This document shows positions 24,829 through 37,800 of a stretch of DNA of 64,000 nucleotides, in pieces. Position numbers and translations under genes: made by a program. The DNA comes from Phoronis australis (Eukaryota > Animalia > Phoronida): contig NMRA01000228.1 of the NCBI GenBank assembly GCA_002633005.1, positions 422,120-486,119 on the forward strand, read 5' to 3'. The notes under the pieces were generated by a model. That model saw nothing but the letters and a program-made list of their open reading frames with translations. It did not search any database and had not been told where the DNA came from. Within the stretch, counting starts at the first letter, position 1, and every line of letters begins with the position of its first letter.

Positions 24829-26385
24829 GTAAATACCATTTCAATCTCTGGTTATCAAAATGTCAGAGATAACTGGACAAAAGACCACTAAATAAGCGCG
24901 AACGCACACTTCACAGTCGTGCTTCCGTTTTTTTTTTGTTTTTTTTTTAGTCCGCCCGCTGTTTGGTTAGGATAAGGTCCACGACGTCAAGAATTCGAGC
25001 CCTCCAAATTGAAGGCTGGGTGCGCGCATGCGTTATATAATTTGAAGTCAATCTCCCTCGCCAGGATTGAAAGCGTTGTCAATTTACCGTCTTAAAATAT
25101 AGGCCTACATCCACCAAGTAATAAGATTGTTTCGATAGATACGCAACATGCTTTTTAATCATCTGATATCCAAAGATGAGATGTCCCGACTCCCTACCCA
25201 GTATACAAAAACATACTGCGTGAGAAATGACATTTCGTTCGTACGTGTATTTTATATATTATTCGACGTTTGAATGTAATTTGCAAATTCCTGTACCACT
25301 GCATGGCAACCACATAAATCTTATGGGACGATTTTTTCTGATCTCCCTGTACCGTTACAGAATTCAACATTAACATGGTGGTCAAAACGATCGACCACCG
25401 CCGTCGTGCACGGCACCTTTCTCCAACTGCTTGTTGAACGTTTTACAATGGCAAGATATGCTTCAAATTCAGAAAACTGGCCATGTGACCTGGCAGGAAA
25501 TAGTAGTTCGTCTTACACGATGCACGTTTTGGCGGAATACTAACTAGATTCATCTCAATGGGACTTAGGAGACAGGTATTTTTAGTACATGGGATTTTCA
25601 TTCTGTGGGTCAAAGCTCAGTGAAAAATATTGTAGTTTGTGAGAAAAGAAACGTTTTCGTTAGAAAATTATCGTAGTGCGTGAGGAAAGGTGATACAACT
25701 TGTGAGCAAAAAAATCAGGAAAGAAAGATGCACGATTTTCAAAACACCGCTGAGGTGCAACACTGGCAGCCGTTCTTATCAAACTAAGAAAGCAATTCAA
25801 ACCTGACACCTGCCAATATTTAATTCAATTATGAATGCTCTGACATAAATACTCGAAAATGCTTTTTATCGGTTTCTAATTTTAGTTTTCGTATTCCAGG
25901 AATCTCATTGTTTCTCATAATATTGAAGGCGCAGAAGTTAGTGCCACATGCGATTCACGTGCAGAAACGGAAACGACAAATGGAATCACTCTGCGCACCT
26001 GATTCTATAACTACCTTCGCATGCGCCAGAGATAACGAGAATTTCTACGACTACTGCATTCCCTTTTCAAACTGAAAAAATTGTACTGTGGAAAACATAC
26101 AAAGTTTTGTTGTAGTTCTCAGTCTTGGAGCATCCGATTGGTTAAAAAATACTCGATATTTGTATTGGAGTTGTACGGCTGGTTCCATGCGTTGTGTGCT
26201 ATAACTCAAAAAGTTTGTTCTCTGAAACTACAGAGACAACGTGGCACCTTTTCTTAGTTCTGGGCATTGCAAAACAAAAGTTGAAATTCCTGGAATTAGT
26301 TCCCATTATGCTTGTAGTCATATTTCATATTTCATTGACATTTTGCGAGACCCTGTACATTCGGATCACAATTTTCTTTTTCTAG

Positions 26386-26568
26386 GACGTTTCGCTTCGA
26401 CATAATCCTCAAGTGGTAACCAGTGTCATGGGCGATAATGATGTCACTTACACAGCTGACGCTGATGAAAGTCACCGAGCTCTCATGGAACGACTTAAGA
26501 CGGGATCTCAAGAAACGAACGACTTGGGGCACAGGGGTCTAAAAAGAGGATTTGTTAGCCAGTTTTAA
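26386..26568 (+). CDS. Uncharacterised 146-aa protein, terminal exon
   Basis: Strong acceptor ttttctttttctAG; 60 open codons DVSLRHNPQVV...KRGFVSQF*; AATAAA at 26727-26732. Confidence 0.7.
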   Translation, partial: DVSLRHNPQVVTSVMGDNDVTYTADADESHRALMERLKTGSQETNDLGHRGLKRGFVSQF

Positions 26569-27439
26569 ACACAAGGCATGTGACAACTTATAACACCAGC
26601 CTGCATACCACTTATGCTTTGATTGTTGTCAAGTAATTATGCTCAATACACGCTATTTGCTCAAAATATAATATCACCCTAAATTAAGAAATGAATGTAT
26701 ATAGATCGTATTAATTAAACGTGAAAAATAAAGGCAGAGATTGCACTGTTAAGAACAGCTGGAAGTTCGGATGAACGTATTATTTTACTACGGCATTTAG
26801 CATGAATGTATGAACGAAATGCATTCCGCAGGCGCCCTAGGCACTCGCTAGTGAAGCACGTGGGAACATGTAGTTCACTTACACAGTGCATGGTGATATC
26901 TTTTTCTACGGAACGCAGCCCAGTATCGTGACAAGAGGTTGCTATAAAGAACACTTCTGTCAACAACTTTTAATGATATGAAACTTTTATCTTCGAAATT
27001 GTCCACACAGTAAGAACTTTTTATATTCTGTTCAATGTTACGAGCACTGTCAAAGAATCAGAATCTGGCTTCTCGTTGGATAACTGAACAGTCGAAGTAA
27101 AATTCGGTCATTCCGAAAATGTTTTTGAGACTTCCGCCTGCCAGCCAACAGCCAGGAATAACGACAGTAATAGATATTGATGACAGAAAGAACAGACATT
27201 TCTTGCTGTTATAAAAATGAATTGCTGCCATAGTTTCTGACTTTGGATTGACTGATTTAGTATTGTAATAAATATCTACCACTGTTATATATATGGGTGT
27301 GTTGATGTGATTATTCCTGGCTTCTGATATACTGATTTGTCATTGTCATTAATATTTATTTCTGTCTTAAATATTTATCATTGACATAATCATTTGTAAC
27401 TGTCTTTGTTCCTGACTTCTAATTGGCTAAAAACTTATT

Positions 27440-28020
27440 ACTGTTTTAGTTCGGGAATCAGGGCGATTATGTCGCACTTAGCCAACTATTGGCAAGGCGT
27501 CCCTTAACAAAATTACATATTAGCCGAATTCCATGAAAATCCATTGAGGAACTTTAAAGGTATAGAGACAAACTTAAAACACTAAAATTACCTCTAGGAT
27601 GCAGAACGGTGGTCGGATCGATCCGAAACTCGTCGCCGTTTGTCGTCAACTTCACATCTGCCGAATCTCAATAAGATCCTACCAGGCGACTACTGGGAAA
27701 TAGGCCTACAAAATCGGACGCCCGCACACAGAGATGACGGCAACATGCACCCACAAATAAACATGCATGTAAGCGCATAAAAATCATCACTTAAGTCCGA
27801 ATATACAGAGGCAAACGTAAAAAAATAAAATTACCGCTAAGGGGCAAAGCGGTATTCGGATCAGTCCAAAACTCGCCGTCCTCTGTCATCAGCATTACAA
27901 AAAAACACATCTGCCAAATCTCATTGAAACTGTGCAAAGGGTTGAAGTGTTTGAAATCACAAATTTCATATCAAAAACACCAAAGCCAACCCCACCAGTC
28001 GATCAGCTGTCAAATTGGAA
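27440..28020 (-). mobile_element. Degenerate fragments of the HINE-like family
   Basis: Shares aaaattaccgctaagggg, catctgccaaatctca and the gacggcaacatgcacccaca..gcgcataaaaa ends with the 60942-62603 copy. Confidence 0.55.
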
Positions 28021-28397
28021 CACCCGCAAACACTATCTGAGGATACGCTGATATCGAGTTACGAGCATTTATCTATCGATACCTACTATGTAGAATCGGG
28101 ACAATCAATCGCAGGATTCAGAAGACATCCTTCATTGTGCGACAAATCTTCAGATATTGCCGCTCGTTTTCCCGTGAGTTTTGGTATAGTAAGGAATGAC
28201 GAGCTTAGTGGTTGTGACAAATATTGCTTTTTTAACTTCACCGCGAGACATGAGATAATAGAAGTGAAGACTGGAATAAGTCTGTACAAGAAACACAGGT
28301 ACTGGGTACGTTCATACGTCACACTCATGTCCGTGGCGGATAAAAAAAACCCCTTTCAATTAGAATATAAGCAAAAAAGGAAAAGAGATGCTATTGA

Positions 28398-28962
28398 CAT
28401 AGGCGGATTTAGGGGGGGGGNAAAAAATAAAACAGCAAGAGCGTAGGGAAATGTTGAGTTTATTCATTAACCCCGGTAATTAACATTATACGGCGGAAAC
28501 AAGACTGAAATGTGTACAGTTTTAGTGTGTTGGGAGCTATGGTTAAGAATAGGCTCTCCCGCGATATCCCAGGCGACCGGCAGTGACGCTGCGCACTACG
28601 ACTCCGTTTCCGTCGTCTGCTTCACCGTGCAATGAAGAAAATTACTTCATTTTTAAAGAAAATGGAATCTGAGTGGCGATGAAAAAACAGAATCTGCTGG
28701 TAAGATGTGAATTTTAATCGAAGCCTTAATGAATCCCTCAGAAACTCATAATTCTCTCTTTGTCACACCTTAAGACGATTTCCAAAGCAATCGCGTCACT
28801 GATGCCAACACAAAATAATGGATTTGGTCTTTTGGGCAATTGAAGACTATTTTAAATATAACAAATTTGTTACGAACTGATTGCACAAAATATAAAAAAG
28901 TGTAATAAACATTACAAAAAGAAGTAGGTTTCGCGCGCAAATGCTGTGGACCATAAACAAGT
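28398..28962 (-). mobile_element. Partial copy of the ~1-kb CAGTGGCGGAT hAT-like element
   Basis: Begins cataggcggatttagggg and is the reverse-complement match of about 34275-34897. Confidence 0.8.
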
Positions 28963-29959
28963 AGTGGTATAGTTGCCAAAAAGTTGACCCTGAAATGTTG
29001 TTTACTTACTCTAAAGTTTTCTTTTGGAAATTTATTATATGTGGTTAAGAGAACAAAATTAACTTGGTTGCACTTTGTGCAACTTTGAGCATTTTTTATA
29101 ATTCAAGATGGCGGCTTCCGCCATCTTGAATTTCGCCTAATTTCCACACTCAGAACATGATACCGAGTAGAATCCTGCAATTCATGATTTCCAATGTTTT
29201 TGGGACGGAGAGTCCATTTCTGATATTATTTTATGGATGCAAGGTCAAAGTCAAGGTCAAATGAGAGGTCAAAGGTCACGTTGAACTGAAACAAGGAAAA
29301 TTCATCTCTTTTGCGCGACGAAAAGTTAAATTCATGGGAAATGCGGAATTACCATTTCTGTGATTCCATTATATCAAGAATAAGGATAACTAATCCTCCC
29401 AACGTCTCAATAATTAGCTTAAAATATTGTTGTACCAGACCTACTCATGCCGCTCAGGAAGGCCCTTGGACCATTTTATGCTTCATTAGTTGAAACAGAG
29501 CTGACGAGCTAGGGACTTGACTCAAGCGACCAGCAGTGTGCCCCGTGTGACTCGAAAACACAACCTTGAGTAGAGGAAGGACACTAGGCCACACTGCCTC
29601 CTCATAGTGAATAGGGGTATGCATATAGATTACGCGTAATCCGTACAAGTTACACATACGTTGACAAGGGTGGGCACTATTATTAATCCAGGGAAAACTT
29701 ATAAACAATGACTTCGGAAACCTCCTATAAAATAATGTAAATTTTCCGACTTTGCGGAGCCACCTGGTTTCTTCTATTGGGATATTGATGCCGGACTCAT
29801 TGGTTCTAGAGAAAATTTCACCCCCTCCATGAGTCGTTGTTCAAAGAGAACAGCTTCAAGGAAACGGACCACGGCTCCCTGACTGCGATAAGTTCAACTT
29901 GACACCTCCGTGTCTACTCAGAGAGGGGTTATTGGCGTCTCTGACAGCTCGTTCAAACC

Positions 29960-31400
29960 AATAACTAGTCTCTGTCCAGTGCCCTCACGTCTTGTGACCT
30001 CTCATGTTGGCGGCACTTGTTCAGGTCAAATCTGAAATGTTGCATTGTGTCCGAAATACTACCATTCCACTTCTCCATTTGAGTTTTGGCTTCTACTGGC
30101 ACATTAGACATCCCATAAATCAAGAGGTCGGACACGTCAGTGTTATCATAAGTGATTCTGATGGTGTGGGTTCCTTCTTCCACCACTTTCAACATTTACC
30201 TCTACAACGTCTGCTTCAGCATGTGTAATTACAACGTGGCTCTCCTTGACCCGCTCGATGATGAATAGAAGGGAGTAGCTTCATAGACGTAGAAGGTTGT
30301 TTATCACACAGGCGTCCTCAGCTTCTGATCGTCCCCAATACACTACATATAATACTACAAGGTATGACACTCCCGACTAGAACGTCCACGGGTGCTTCAC
30401 TTCAGCCGTCCATAGCAAATATAAAACTCAATAAATTTACACAAAACAGAAGTTCAACAAACCAGAAAGAAAGAATTGTTCTTTCTCCCAATACCATTCA
30501 CGGTGTCCTGTTCATAGCGTTATTTAGAATAGTTTAGCGGCAAAAGAGGGATGTTTGAGAACAGGGGTTAGCAGGACTTCCTCAACTTTTCCTCATGTTA
30601 TCGTCGCATTGTCCTTTGTGTAAAGAATTTTTGCAGTCACATTTTTCAAAGAGAATAATTGTTTCAAAAGCGGGAGGATAGGAGGCTAGTAGAGGGCCGA
30701 GTTGTAGATTCGGAAACACTCCAATAGACCTGCTTCAAAAGCTGGACCGGCAACAGCAACCAACACCACCTCTGGAGCAAAATGATTTGGGACCAAAATG
30801 GCGTTGTCACCCTCCTCAGACTGCCGTATTTGCCGATCTGTGCTGTAGGGAGTGGACTCAATAAGTTCATACAGAATTACCGGATATCAGCTATGTTAAT
30901 GTTACATTGCTGTCTTACGACTAACAGCGTCTCAACGCCATGGCCTTCCTTCGACAGTACAGGCTTATTCAGCAACTCCAGCATTTTGACTTTTCTTAGT
31001 GCTTTGTAACATTCACTGCTTACCGAAACTAAAAAGCTGACTACTCTGCTCATGCCCAATGACCAGCTCGTTCTGGAATCTACTCGGCGATTGTAGAAGT
31101 TATGGAGATATGACTGCTGGTTAGTGAGCGGGTGTCTGTGCTTCTCTATCTCCTCCGCAATCTTTCTCTAGTCATTCTCGTCCAGGTCCATTACTCCCTT
31201 CTTGTAGTAGTCTTTTCCCGTCACTCCACTACGTGACATTTGCTATTCACCACCTTCATTCCACATGACTTATGTTCTTCATAGCAGTATCAATGGGGAG
31301 CACACCCATCGGAACTCTTTAACCACAAGACCACTTAATTGCTCGGCTCTCATTAAAATGTACCTTATAATCCCACAACCGTTTACTCGTTTGATATATA
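29960..31400 (-). pseudogene. Decayed, rearranged Academ(X)-like DNA transposon coding relic (transposase plus XPG-like nuclease)
   Basis: Broken minus-strand translations: MDLDEND*RKIAEEIEKHRHPLTNQQSYLHNFYN, SLGMSRVVSF..YKALRKVKMLE, IRQSEEGD, HRAGQG, HAEADV..MLKVVEEGTHTIRITYDNTDVSDLLIY..TQMEKWNGS. These recall the HxEAD...SxDTDV XPG/PIN motif set of large animal Academ proteins. Family name is from memory. Confidence 0.55.
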
Positions 31401-32318
31401 GTATGCCTGTTCTTCGAATTGCGTCAGCTGGTACTACAGTCTTGTCATCCAAGTGTTGACAGCTGTGCGCAGCTTCGAGTAGAACTTTTTGACATTATTG
31501 GACAGGTGCTCCACACACAGCAAACTTCAATATAAACTTCGAAATAACTATGCCAAGCTGCTAAACTTGATATAAACTTCTTGCCAGAAATGTTTGGCAA
31601 CTTAGTCGAACACTTATTTCACGTTTGTCAACTTTTGTCGCAGTGGAGGATTACGTCATTGCGCTAAGCCGTTGATTGTTTATTTATAACTGGAGTTACG
31701 AGCAAATTGTGAAAATTAAGACAACGTACATGGAGGCGCAATCGTATTCTAGTCTAAAAGAATTTCCACTTTGTTTGGTTTATTTTGAAAACTGCTGCAC
31801 CAGCGCAGGTACCGTACACATCAATTATGCTGACCTGCTACGAAGAAATATGTCAACATCTCCTTGAGACAGGGTAGTTGAAGGAGCATCTTTAGGTAAA
31901 CCATCAGGTCTTCATTAGACTTGGTCCCATTTGAGTAGACATTGAGTAACATCATATGGCTTTGATGAGATTGTATACCTACAGAGCATCAATGCCTTTC
32001 CGTTGACTGTACTGAAGTGTAACAGGTTAATACCCCGGGCCCATGCCACCATTCCGAAAAAACAGCTACTAAATGAAGAAGGTCCATTACTTCGAAAAAA
32101 ACACCTTTATTACCATTTTTTACTCGATCTTCCTAAATTTTCTCAAAATTTCACGAATGGTTTACTAATTTGTTACTTACTAACAAAATATACCAACACA
32201 AAAATAAATTTGGAGAATGAAGTCTTGTTTCTGCCATTATAACTGTCTTAGTAGTTAACAACTCTTGTATCATATCTTCTTTGAAGTTCGCTTGATCGAG
32301 AGAAAATGTATCATATTA

Positions 32319-32524
32319 CATGCGTGCACCCAAGGGGGGGGGGGCTCGGGAGGCTCCAACAAGCCCCCCATTTGGTGAACTGGCAAAAAGGTCCGCCTCA
32401 AAACAACAAAATGTCCAAGAAAACGAGACAAAAGTCCACTAGGCGCGAATGCACAGTTCATAGCCCTGAAAGTGGGATATACCAAAAATTTTAGCCCCCA
32501 TATTTTAGATTGGGTGCGAGCATG
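32319..32524. mobile_element. MITE with TIR catgcgtgcacccaa / ttgggtgcgagcatg and 5-bp TSD TATTA
   Basis: TATTA at 32314-32318 and again at 32525-32529. Confidence 0.75.
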
Positions 32525-33359
32525 TATTATTGCTATAAAATGAAACAATTGCGTTCATATTTGGAGGAGGTGTGGGTGTCTTCGAGTAGCGTTTTTTGTT
32601 CAGAGCAGACGTTTTTCGGAGTAGTGTTTTTTGGAGTAATGGGCAGTAACCATGATACGACTCACCAGCATTGAACGGCTGAGCGTATGAGCATTTCCAT
32701 GCCATATGCTTTCTCTGTTATGCCAATACAACCCTCAAGAAACTTGTGAGCAAAATGTTTGGCCCACTATAAACAGTGAGCATTTTGAAAATACATCTTG
32801 AAGAGGTTAACGAAGAAAATGAAAAACATCATAAGCTAACTGTCAGAAGGCTGCTAGGCAGTTTTGACATTTGACCTCTGGTTTGACCTTGTTTCTGGAA
32901 ATCGGAAAAGCCAATGATATTCCAAGAATGCATATGGAAAATTGCGCTAATGTAGCGGACCCCAAACAACCTCGAAGGTCTGCATGGTGCAGGAGACTAG
33001 GTCAAGATTCAGTTCACACAAGAATGACAAATGACTGTGAGCAGCGCTACCTGTTAGTAAAGCATCATTGCATCCAGCGCCACCTGTTTGTCGTAAAGGT
33101 TTTGGATGAGCGGGTACCTTTTGCGTTATGCGTAGGGTCTGAGCGACAGAACGCTTGGCTACTAATGTGGAACTGGTGGGTTCTGGCTTCCGCGGTAGCC
33201 CTACAGCTAGTTTCTGTACCTTTCTCGTCGAAAATGTCCATATTTTAAGCAGTAACAAACTGTCAGTCAGTGTTGCAAGCTCAGAAATAACACATAATGC
33301 TACTAAAGAATGTTTCAGGCTATAACGATAAGTGGTCTAAATCAAAAGTTGGTCTTTTT

Positions 33360-33517
33360 CAGGGGCGGATCCAGAATTTTGAGTTGGGAGGGGGGAAGGC
33401 AGGTATTAGTCGAGATTTTGCCGTCAGACATTCCCACCTCCGAACTGCCAAATTGAATCTGTGGGAGAATTTTAGCGGGGGGCATGGCCCCCTTGCCCCC
33501 CTCTAAATCCGCCACTG
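33360..33517 (+). mobile_element. Short MITE, caggggcggatcc...aaatccgccactg
   Basis: TIRs visible. Related ends occur at about 20300, 36410, 37937, 38829 and 58534. Confidence 0.75.
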
Positions 33518-33917
33518 TTTCATGCAAGATGGATTAAAACCGCTTTAACGTACTCTGCCAATCCTTTACAAGGAGATGAATTTCATGTCTCCATCCCACA
33601 TTTCATTAAGAAGGTATTATTTCATGGGTAGCATTATACAGTACCAGCGTCTCAACCGTCCCAGTAAAGACGGTGACATGATCCTGAGCCCTCCATTCAC
33701 CGGAAGATTTTCACTGAATTATGCCTCACACTGATTACATCATAATTCATGTTGTTATAAGTACCTTTTTCGCACAAAGGGGCCGTTGGTGTCTTCAACT
33801 ATTCCCTGCTCGAGCAAATAGTCCCGCAATCAAACCTTTTTCGAACAGTCCCGGGAAGAGTTAAAGACATCAACGGCCTCCTACGATGTCCGTCTATGTG
33901 AAAATATACTTATAGCA

Positions 33918-34897
33918 CAGTGGCGGATCTAGGATATCACAAGGGGGGGCCAACTTTTTGTCCGTCTGTAAACATTTTCGCAAACTGAACCACGATTGTA
34001 GATGCCCATAGCACCGAATGGGGGGAGGTCGGGAGGGGGGTTTGCTCCCGCCCAGGAAATTTTTCTGTTTTTACCTCTACTAAAAATCAAGCATTTTCCT
34101 TGATTCCTGAAGTATTATCCAAGAAAAAAAAGGCAAAAAAAACGGAGAACGTGTCAAACAGAAAAAACTACAAGTACCAAAGACTCGAACTCACGACCTT
34201 GCGCAAAGAGCGCGCGTGCGTTACCACTACACCCCCACGATTTAACTACTAATCCCACACTAAGAGACCTACTTGTTTATGGTCCACAGCGTTTGCTTCT
34301 TTTTGTAATGCTTATCATACGTTTTGTGCCATCGATTCTTAACAAATTTGTCGTATTTAAAATAGTCTTCAAATGCCCAAAAGACCAAATCCGTTTTTCG
34401 TGTTGGCAATAATATGACGGGATTGCTTTGGAAATCGTCTTAACATAAGGTTTGACAAAGAGATTATTGCGAGTTTTTGAGTGATTCACTAAGGCTTCGA
34501 TTAAAATTCACATCTTACCAGCAGCTTCTGTTTTTTCATCGTCACTCAGGTTCCATTTTCTTTAAAAAATGAAGTAAATTTTCTTCATTGCACAGTGGAG
34601 CAGACGACGGAAACTGAGTCGTAGTGCGCAGCGCCACTGCCGGTCGCCGGATATCACGGGAGAGCCTATACTTAGCCATAGTTCCGTTACGAATGCGCCG
34701 TGTTCCGAATTTGACACTTGAAATTGGTTTTGAGCCCCCCAACACTAAAACTGCACACATTTAAATTTTTTTCATCCGTATAATTTTAATTACCTGGGTT
34801 AATTAATAAACTCAACATTTCCCTACGCTCTTACTGTTTTATTTTTTTGCAGCAGCCAAGGGGGCGGGCCCCCTGCCCCCCCCTAAATCCGACTATG
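33918..34897 (+). mobile_element. ~1-kb non-autonomous hAT-like element (cagtggcggatct...aaatccgactatg) with 5-bp TSD TAGCA
   Basis: TIRs, tagca on both flanks, and paralogous copies at 28398-28962 and 60324-62937. Confidence 0.8.
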
Positions 34898-37800
34898 TAG
34901 CAACATGACGTTGAAGGTTTAATCAGTGTATGGCATAGCCGAAAAGCTTCGTATGAAGGATCTATATGGGATGGCTACCATCTCTACTGGGCCAGTTGAG
35001 ACGGTGGGACTGCTTAGGATAGCATATACTTCTTAAAGTTCAGTATAAGCTTTGACCAGAGCTACAAACCGCCAGTCTCGGTAGTTTCCTGACAGACTAT
35101 TCGTTGAAATCTAGGTCGGTGAGTTCACCAGTTAAGTTTGCTTTTAAGCGTATTTAAAAAGATCTTTGGCATTTCATGTATAAACTTGGGGTAACCTCCG
35201 CCAGCATAGTGCTGGACTACGACCTCTGAGGTCGGGTGTTCGAAACCTCGGTGCGGCTGATCTCAGGAAATAACTTTTCTCACCGCTAATGTCACTTTAA
35301 ATAATTTATTTGACCAGGCTAGCCGCGACATTTTGAGCCTACGCAGCCAAAAGTATATTGTTGTAATAGTGATCAATTCTTCTCTTAAACGGCGACCATA
35401 ATATATTTGACTATCTGACGTATTGGACACTCTGGTCTGGATCCGCAGCTGTAAAGCGAATTACAACTAGGGACCTGGTATTCGACTACACTTTGGCGTA
35501 CGTAGAGCGTGGCAGCTTATAGAGAGCGACCTCAAGTCAGGGAACAGCGAACCAGGGGCACCCAGCCATATACCAGAGAGTAAACTCAAAAAGGGACCGA
35601 TTTGTAGGGAACTTCTTTGAAAAAGTCACCCTTTCGTAGAGCTTTGTTGTATAGTACACCAACAAATACCCCCTACGGTAAGGGTTAATTCCAAACCCTA
35701 TTAAAGATTCTTGGCAGCTAAATTTTTCAACCTCAAAGTCTGAAACAGTAATGAAGAGAGAGCATGTTGATGGTACATGTTTTGTAGTCAAATTTTAAAC
35801 ACATAGAAATTATTCAAAATCCTTGTGTTATTCGAATTTCGAACATCTAAATAAAACCGTTTTGATGGGAATTAACCTGGAAAATGTACCCCTTTGTTGG
35901 TAAATTTTCTGTAAAAACACCTTTCGTTTTGGCTAACTGGTCATGAAAATGCGCCTCCACTGAGCGGGTGTCACTCTTTTAAAGAATAGTCTCGAAAAAG
36001 GGGACCCATTATAGTGCACGGAGTACCCGTGAAAAAATCACTCCTTTTTAGGGTTTTGTTCCAGAAATACTCACCCTTTTCAGTGGTTAATTTCATACAC
36101 TTAACCCTTTCGTGTGTAATCTTGGGCACCTAAATTTTAACACATGAAGCCCAAAATATTTCAACAAGAGATACCGGTGATGTCAAAAATGGAACATCAT
36201 CTGCAGCAAAAGTATTTAAAATATAGATTATATTAAGAAACCAATATGTACATTTTTGTAATTCAATGGAAAAGGAAACCATTTGTATAGTTTCCNTTCG
36301 GGGATGCAGACGCCGTCTGGCGGGCAAAATCCTGTGCTAATACCAAATACTACGGTCTCTGCTAATACTCTGCCGTTCCTCCCCCAACTCATAGTCCTGG
36401 ATCTGCCCCTGGTTTCTAGTTCGAAAATGAAAGCTTTAAGCGGTTTCACACGCCTTCCCGCCTACTTTTGATTTAGACTATCCATACGAAACTGGCCTCT
36501 AATAAGTTGTTGCTTAGTCGAACTGGAGACGGAAGTTCAAGATCTGGCTCTACAATTTGTCTTGTCACGTGGTGTCAATTCATGTCCCAAGCACGCGGTT
36601 AACGAAATCCCGGTACTGTCAGTGATTTGCAACCTCGGAAATCACTTCTCGTTTGATTAAGGAACACGTTTAGACCAATTTTAAAGCGCTAGGTAGTTTA
36701 AAACCAAAAATTAGCTCCTTGGGCGGAACGCAGGTTAAAAACCACCTTAGAAGGAACAATATTGTCGGAAAACGTAAACCGTTCATTATCCCTGGCGATG
36801 GCATGAAATGGAAATGCTGAATCGGCTTACTTTTTGATTAAAAAAATATACCAATCAATTTGAACGAAAACAGTTACCTATGAATAATTGTCTGGACATA
36901 AACTAGGGGTGGGACGATACGTAACAAATTTTTTTGGAATTCAATACTATTCGATTCTTTTTAGGAATCGATTATTCTAGATTCGATTCCTGTTTGTAAA
37001 ATTAATTCACTTTCGTAATTAACTTACCTCTATCAACAAGTTTTGTAACTTTGGAATAAATTAGAATTTTTTAAACAATGTCGAACTTCTCAAGTTGTTC
37101 TTCAGGAGAATGAGTATTAACATTTTCTGGTGAAAACCCGTTGAGACTCACAATGTTCCCTGCTGAAGAAAATTGTTTGACGTGATAAGATTCCAACTAT
37201 CATGAACTATCCTGAACTTTGTAGTGGTTCAACATGTCAATAATACTCTTCAAAAGATGCAGATACTAAAAGTAAGTCGCAACATTGTGAGACATCTAAC
37301 GGCAAAATTGGAACTAAGAACTTGACGTATCGATATCGAAATCGATCGCTACAGCATTGCAATTCGATTAAAATTCGATTGATTGACACACTCTTTCTAA
37401 CAATACCTTGCTAAAAGTGCAAGTATCTCTCTTTCATTTGTTGTCATGAATATGAAGATCGTTTAGGCCTTAGGTCTCCTAGCTCGACAAAAACATAGGT
37501 CCATGGACATCCACTTGTATTTTGGATGTCTATGATTGTGACCTTGTATGAAAACATGACTGCCAACGGACGATTTTTTTAAAAAGAGTAAAGGATCGAA
37601 GGTAAAAAGGATAAAATTTATTGAATGAATTAAATCTGAACTTGGGCTGCCTGATTTTCAGTTAATTATATTTTTACCCAAAAATTGACGCCAACTCCCC
37701 GGGGCGATAGAGATATTGATTCATGATTAATTGATTTAACAACGACTGTCCACAAAATATTATAATACAACATACTAAGAAAGACACACAGTCATACAAA

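Noticed and set aside
25886-25936. Extra in-frame 51-nt exon (FSYSRNLIVSHNIEGAE) in the orphan gene
   Set aside because: The acceptor is plausible but the donor (GTTAGT) is weaker and there is no other support. It needs RNA-seq.
32660-33260. Coding-looking GC-richer segment with a minus-strand GTGAGT donor
   Set aside because: The minus-strand frames contain stops, and neither they nor the + ORF 32871-33248 contain a motif I recognise.
35200-35265. tRNA gene (B box gttcgaaacc)
   Set aside because: No acceptor stem or cloverleaf; more likely a decayed SINE head. The same applies to 3320-3391.
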